Source: Albugo candida
Taxonomy: Eukaryota
Length of the DNA: 64,000 nt
Assembly (NCBI GenBank): GCA_040437565.1
Contig: JBDOQK010000004.1
Span: forward strand, 372,001-436,000
Direction: 5' to 3'
Below, one piece after another: positions 61,639 to 64,000 of this stretch (its first letter is position 1; each line of letters starts with the position of its first letter). The notes beneath the pieces are model-generated. The model was not told the DNA's origin. It did not search any database and was given only the letters and a program-made list of their open reading frames with translations. Both the position numbers and the translations under genes were made by a program.

Positions 61639-63753
61639 ATGGCTCCCGAGATTCTCGAAGCAACTACGCGCCGTCTTCGTCATGTACAGGAGCACTTGAA
61701 GCAGGAGAGCTCTTCCCTTTTGCAACAATCTCGTTCCTCCGATGAAGAAAGCTTGTACGCCAAACGTCTGCAAGAAATGCGAGCATTTTTGTCTGATGGT
61801 CGTTTTCGTTATGTTTCCCGTCCATACAAAGCTGAAGACGTCGTCAAGTTACAAGGTAATCTTGATGTCACTTATGCTTCTTCCGTCTTGTCAAGAAAGC
61901 TGTATACTATGCTGCGAGAATTGCACGATTGTGGACAAGTTAGCCATACATTTGGAGCCCTAGATACCATACAAGTGATTCAAATGGCAAAGTATATGTC
62001 AACGATTTACGTAAGTGGATGGCAATCGTCATCAACAGCTTCGACGTCGAATGAACCAGGACCCGATGTGGCAGATTATCCAATGGATACTGTCCCGAAT
62101 AAAGTAGATCAACTCTTTCGGGCGCAACAATTTCATGATCGTAAACAATATGAAATGAGAAGACGCTTAACAGATAGAGATCGTGCAGAAAACCCACCAG
62201 TGGACTATCTTCGCCCGATTATTGCTGACGCGGATACCGGCCATGGTGGCCTGACTGCGGTTATGAAGCTAACTAAGATGTTCATTGAGCGTGGAGCCGC
62301 TGGCATACATATCGAAGATCAAAAACCAGGAACGAAAAAGTGTGGTCACATGGGTGGCAAAGTCCTGGTTTCTACCCAAGAACATATTCAGCGCTTGGTC
62401 GCCGCTAGACTTCTAGCTGACACACTCAAATCGCCGCTGGTCATTATCGCGCGAACTGACGCAGAAGCTTCAACATTACTAGATAACAATATTGACGGTC
62501 GTGATCATCCCTTCATTATCGGAGCAACAAACATNNNNNNNNNNNNNNNNNNNNNNNNNNNNNNNNNNNNNNNNNNNNNNNNNNNNNNNNNNNNNNNNNN
62601 NNNNNNNNNNNNNNNNNNNNNNNNNNNNNNNNNNCGTGCAGAAAACCCACCAGTGGACTATCTTCGCCCGATTATTGCTGACGCGGATACCGGCCATGGT
62701 GGCCTGACTGCGGTTATGAAGCTAACTAAGATGTTCATTGAGCGTGGAGCCGCTGGCATACATATCGAAGATCAAAAACCAGGAACGAAAAAGTGTGGTC
62801 ACATGGGTGGCAAAGTCCTGGTTTCTACCCAAGAACATATTCAGCGCTTGGTCGCCGCTAGACTTCTAGCTGACACACTCAAATCGCCGCTGGTCATTAT
62901 CGCGCGAACTGACGCAGAAGCTTCAACATTACTAGATAACAATATTGACGGTCGTGATCATCCCTTCATTATCGGAGCAACAAACATGGAGACGGAGTCC
63001 TATGTCGAGGCTTCAAAGCGTGGTACAACTGAAGACTGGGATATCCGTGCCCGAGCTATGACTTACCCGGAAGCTGTACAATTTGCAATTGAGAAATCAA
63101 ATCATCCTGACAAGACAAAACAACTTGATACTTGGATCAGCAAGTATCCAGAAATGAATATATCTCAGATGAAAGCATATGCACTTGCAATGGGTCTCAA
63201 AATCATTTTTTGTTGGGAACGTGCTCGTACTGTCGAGGGCTACTATCGTATCAGGGGTGGCGTTGAGTACTGTATTGCGCGAGCAAGAGCGTACGGGGCA
63301 TACGCTGACGTTATTTGGATGGAGACAGCAAAGCCCGGGATGTCTCAAGCGAGACGATTTGCAGAGGGTGTTAAATCCAAACTTCCTCATCAAATGTTGG
63401 CATACAATCTATCCCCTTCTTTCAACTGGAATGCGGCTGGAATGAGCGATCGTGAAATTGAAAGTTTTGTTGATGACTTGGGCAAACTCGGTTTCTGTTG
63501 GCAATTTATCACGCTAGCAGGTTTTCATTGCGATTCACTTGCGATTACCCGATTTGCACGCGATTATCACCAAAGAAAGATGTTAGCGTATGTGGAAGGG
63601 ATCCAACGAGCCGAACGAGATGAACAGGTCGAAACCTTGAAACATCAAGCATGGTCAGGAACGGAGCTGGTCGACTCGATGCAAAATATCGTTACTGGTG
63701 GACTATCCTCGACTAAAACGATGGGTAGTGGTGTGACAGAATCGCAGTTCTGA
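61639..63753 (+). CDS. ICL1: Isocitrate lyase (about 550 aa once the gap overlap is removed) with N-terminal PTS2
   Basis: [66 protein letters not shown] near the N-terminus. Confidence 0.97.
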   Translation: MAPEILEATTRRLRHVQEHLKQESSSLLQQSRSSDEESLYAKRLQEMRAFLSDGRFRYVSRPYKAEDVVKLQGNLDVTYASSVLSRKLYTMLRELHDCGQVSHTFGALDTIQVIQMAKYMSTIYVSGWQSSSTASTSNEPGPDVADYPMDTVPNKVDQLFRAQQFHDRKQYEMRRRLTDRDRAENPPVDYLRPIIADADTGHGGLTAVMKLTKMFIERGAAGIHIEDQKPGTKKCGHMGGKVLVSTQEHIQRLVAARLLADTLKSPLVIIARTDAEASTLLDNNIDGRDHPFIIGATNXXXXXXXXXXXXXXXXXXXXXXXXXXXXXXXXXXRAENPPVDYLRPIIADADTGHGGLTAVMKLTKMFIERGAAGIHIEDQKPGTKKCGHMGGKVLVSTQEHIQRLVAARLLADTLKSPLVIIARTDAEASTLLDNNIDGRDHPFIIGATNMETESYVEASKRGTTEDWDIRARAMTYPEAVQFAIEKSNHPDKTKQLDTWISKYPEMNISQMKAYALAMGLKIIFCWERARTVEGYYRIRGGVEYCIARARAYGAYADVIWMETAKPGMSQARRFAEGVKSKLPHQMLAYNLSPSFNWNAAGMSDREIESFVDDLGKLGFCWQFITLAGFHCDSLAITRFARDYHQRKMLAYVEGIQRAERDEQVETLKHQAWSGTELVDSMQNIVTGGLSSTKTMGSGVTESQF

Positions 63754-64000
63754 ACAAGCTTAGCTGTGGTAGCACATAATGAAAGCAGCAATCTTATTCC
63801 CTTGCGTTTCTTGCTTCATTTCTCTCAAACGCTTTTCCGATTTCCATTCTCACCAGCGTGCGATGTCAATTTTGTTGCCAAGTTATCTGACAGAAACTTC
63901 GATCAATATGTTAGAACTCAGGGGCTCACTTTGCAGGCATCAATGCATAAGTCATTTGTGTGGATTTGGGAACATACGACTCTCCTATGCTGCCACTTGT

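Noticed and set aside
62182-62987. Apparent internal duplication of the isocitrate lyase active-site region (two KKCGHM motifs)
   Set aside because: The identical copies flank a 100-N gap, so this is an unmerged contig overlap

Overview
Eukaryotic, intron-containing draft scaffold, most consistent with a compact-genome oomycete such as Albugo. That is an inference from the short 45-70 nt introns, very short intergenic spacers, an oomycete-type Inr/FPR promoter motif, a FYVE-GAF fusion and retained centriole/flagellar genes. Positions 1-11.5 kb and 26-31.5 kb are decayed transposable-element tracts (Ty1/copia, Ty3/gypsy including a chromodomain type, LINEs, a solo LTR with target-site duplication). 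The rest is densely packed with genes: PP2A catalytic subunit (3' part), CCDC57-like, a degenerate double-AAA ATPase, a PH-USP-PDZ-UBA deubiquitinase, trehalase, RPL27A, TBC1D31-like, two head-to-head TMEM87/GPR107-like genes, a NELF-A-like gene whose conserved exons are too short for the ORF track, a bacterial-type D-cysteine desulfhydrase-like enzyme, RMD1/DUF155, EF1-alpha, organellar IF3, a C-terminally truncated IF2-like GTPase, CXorf65-like, ATM1/ABCB7, FYVE-GAF, glycosylasparaginase and isocitrate lyase with a PTS2. Most 100-N gaps are flanked by duplicated overlaps, so apparent tandem duplications there are assembly artefacts. Gene models were spliced by eye, homologies come from recalled motifs and no searches were run. 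TE boundaries are approximate.
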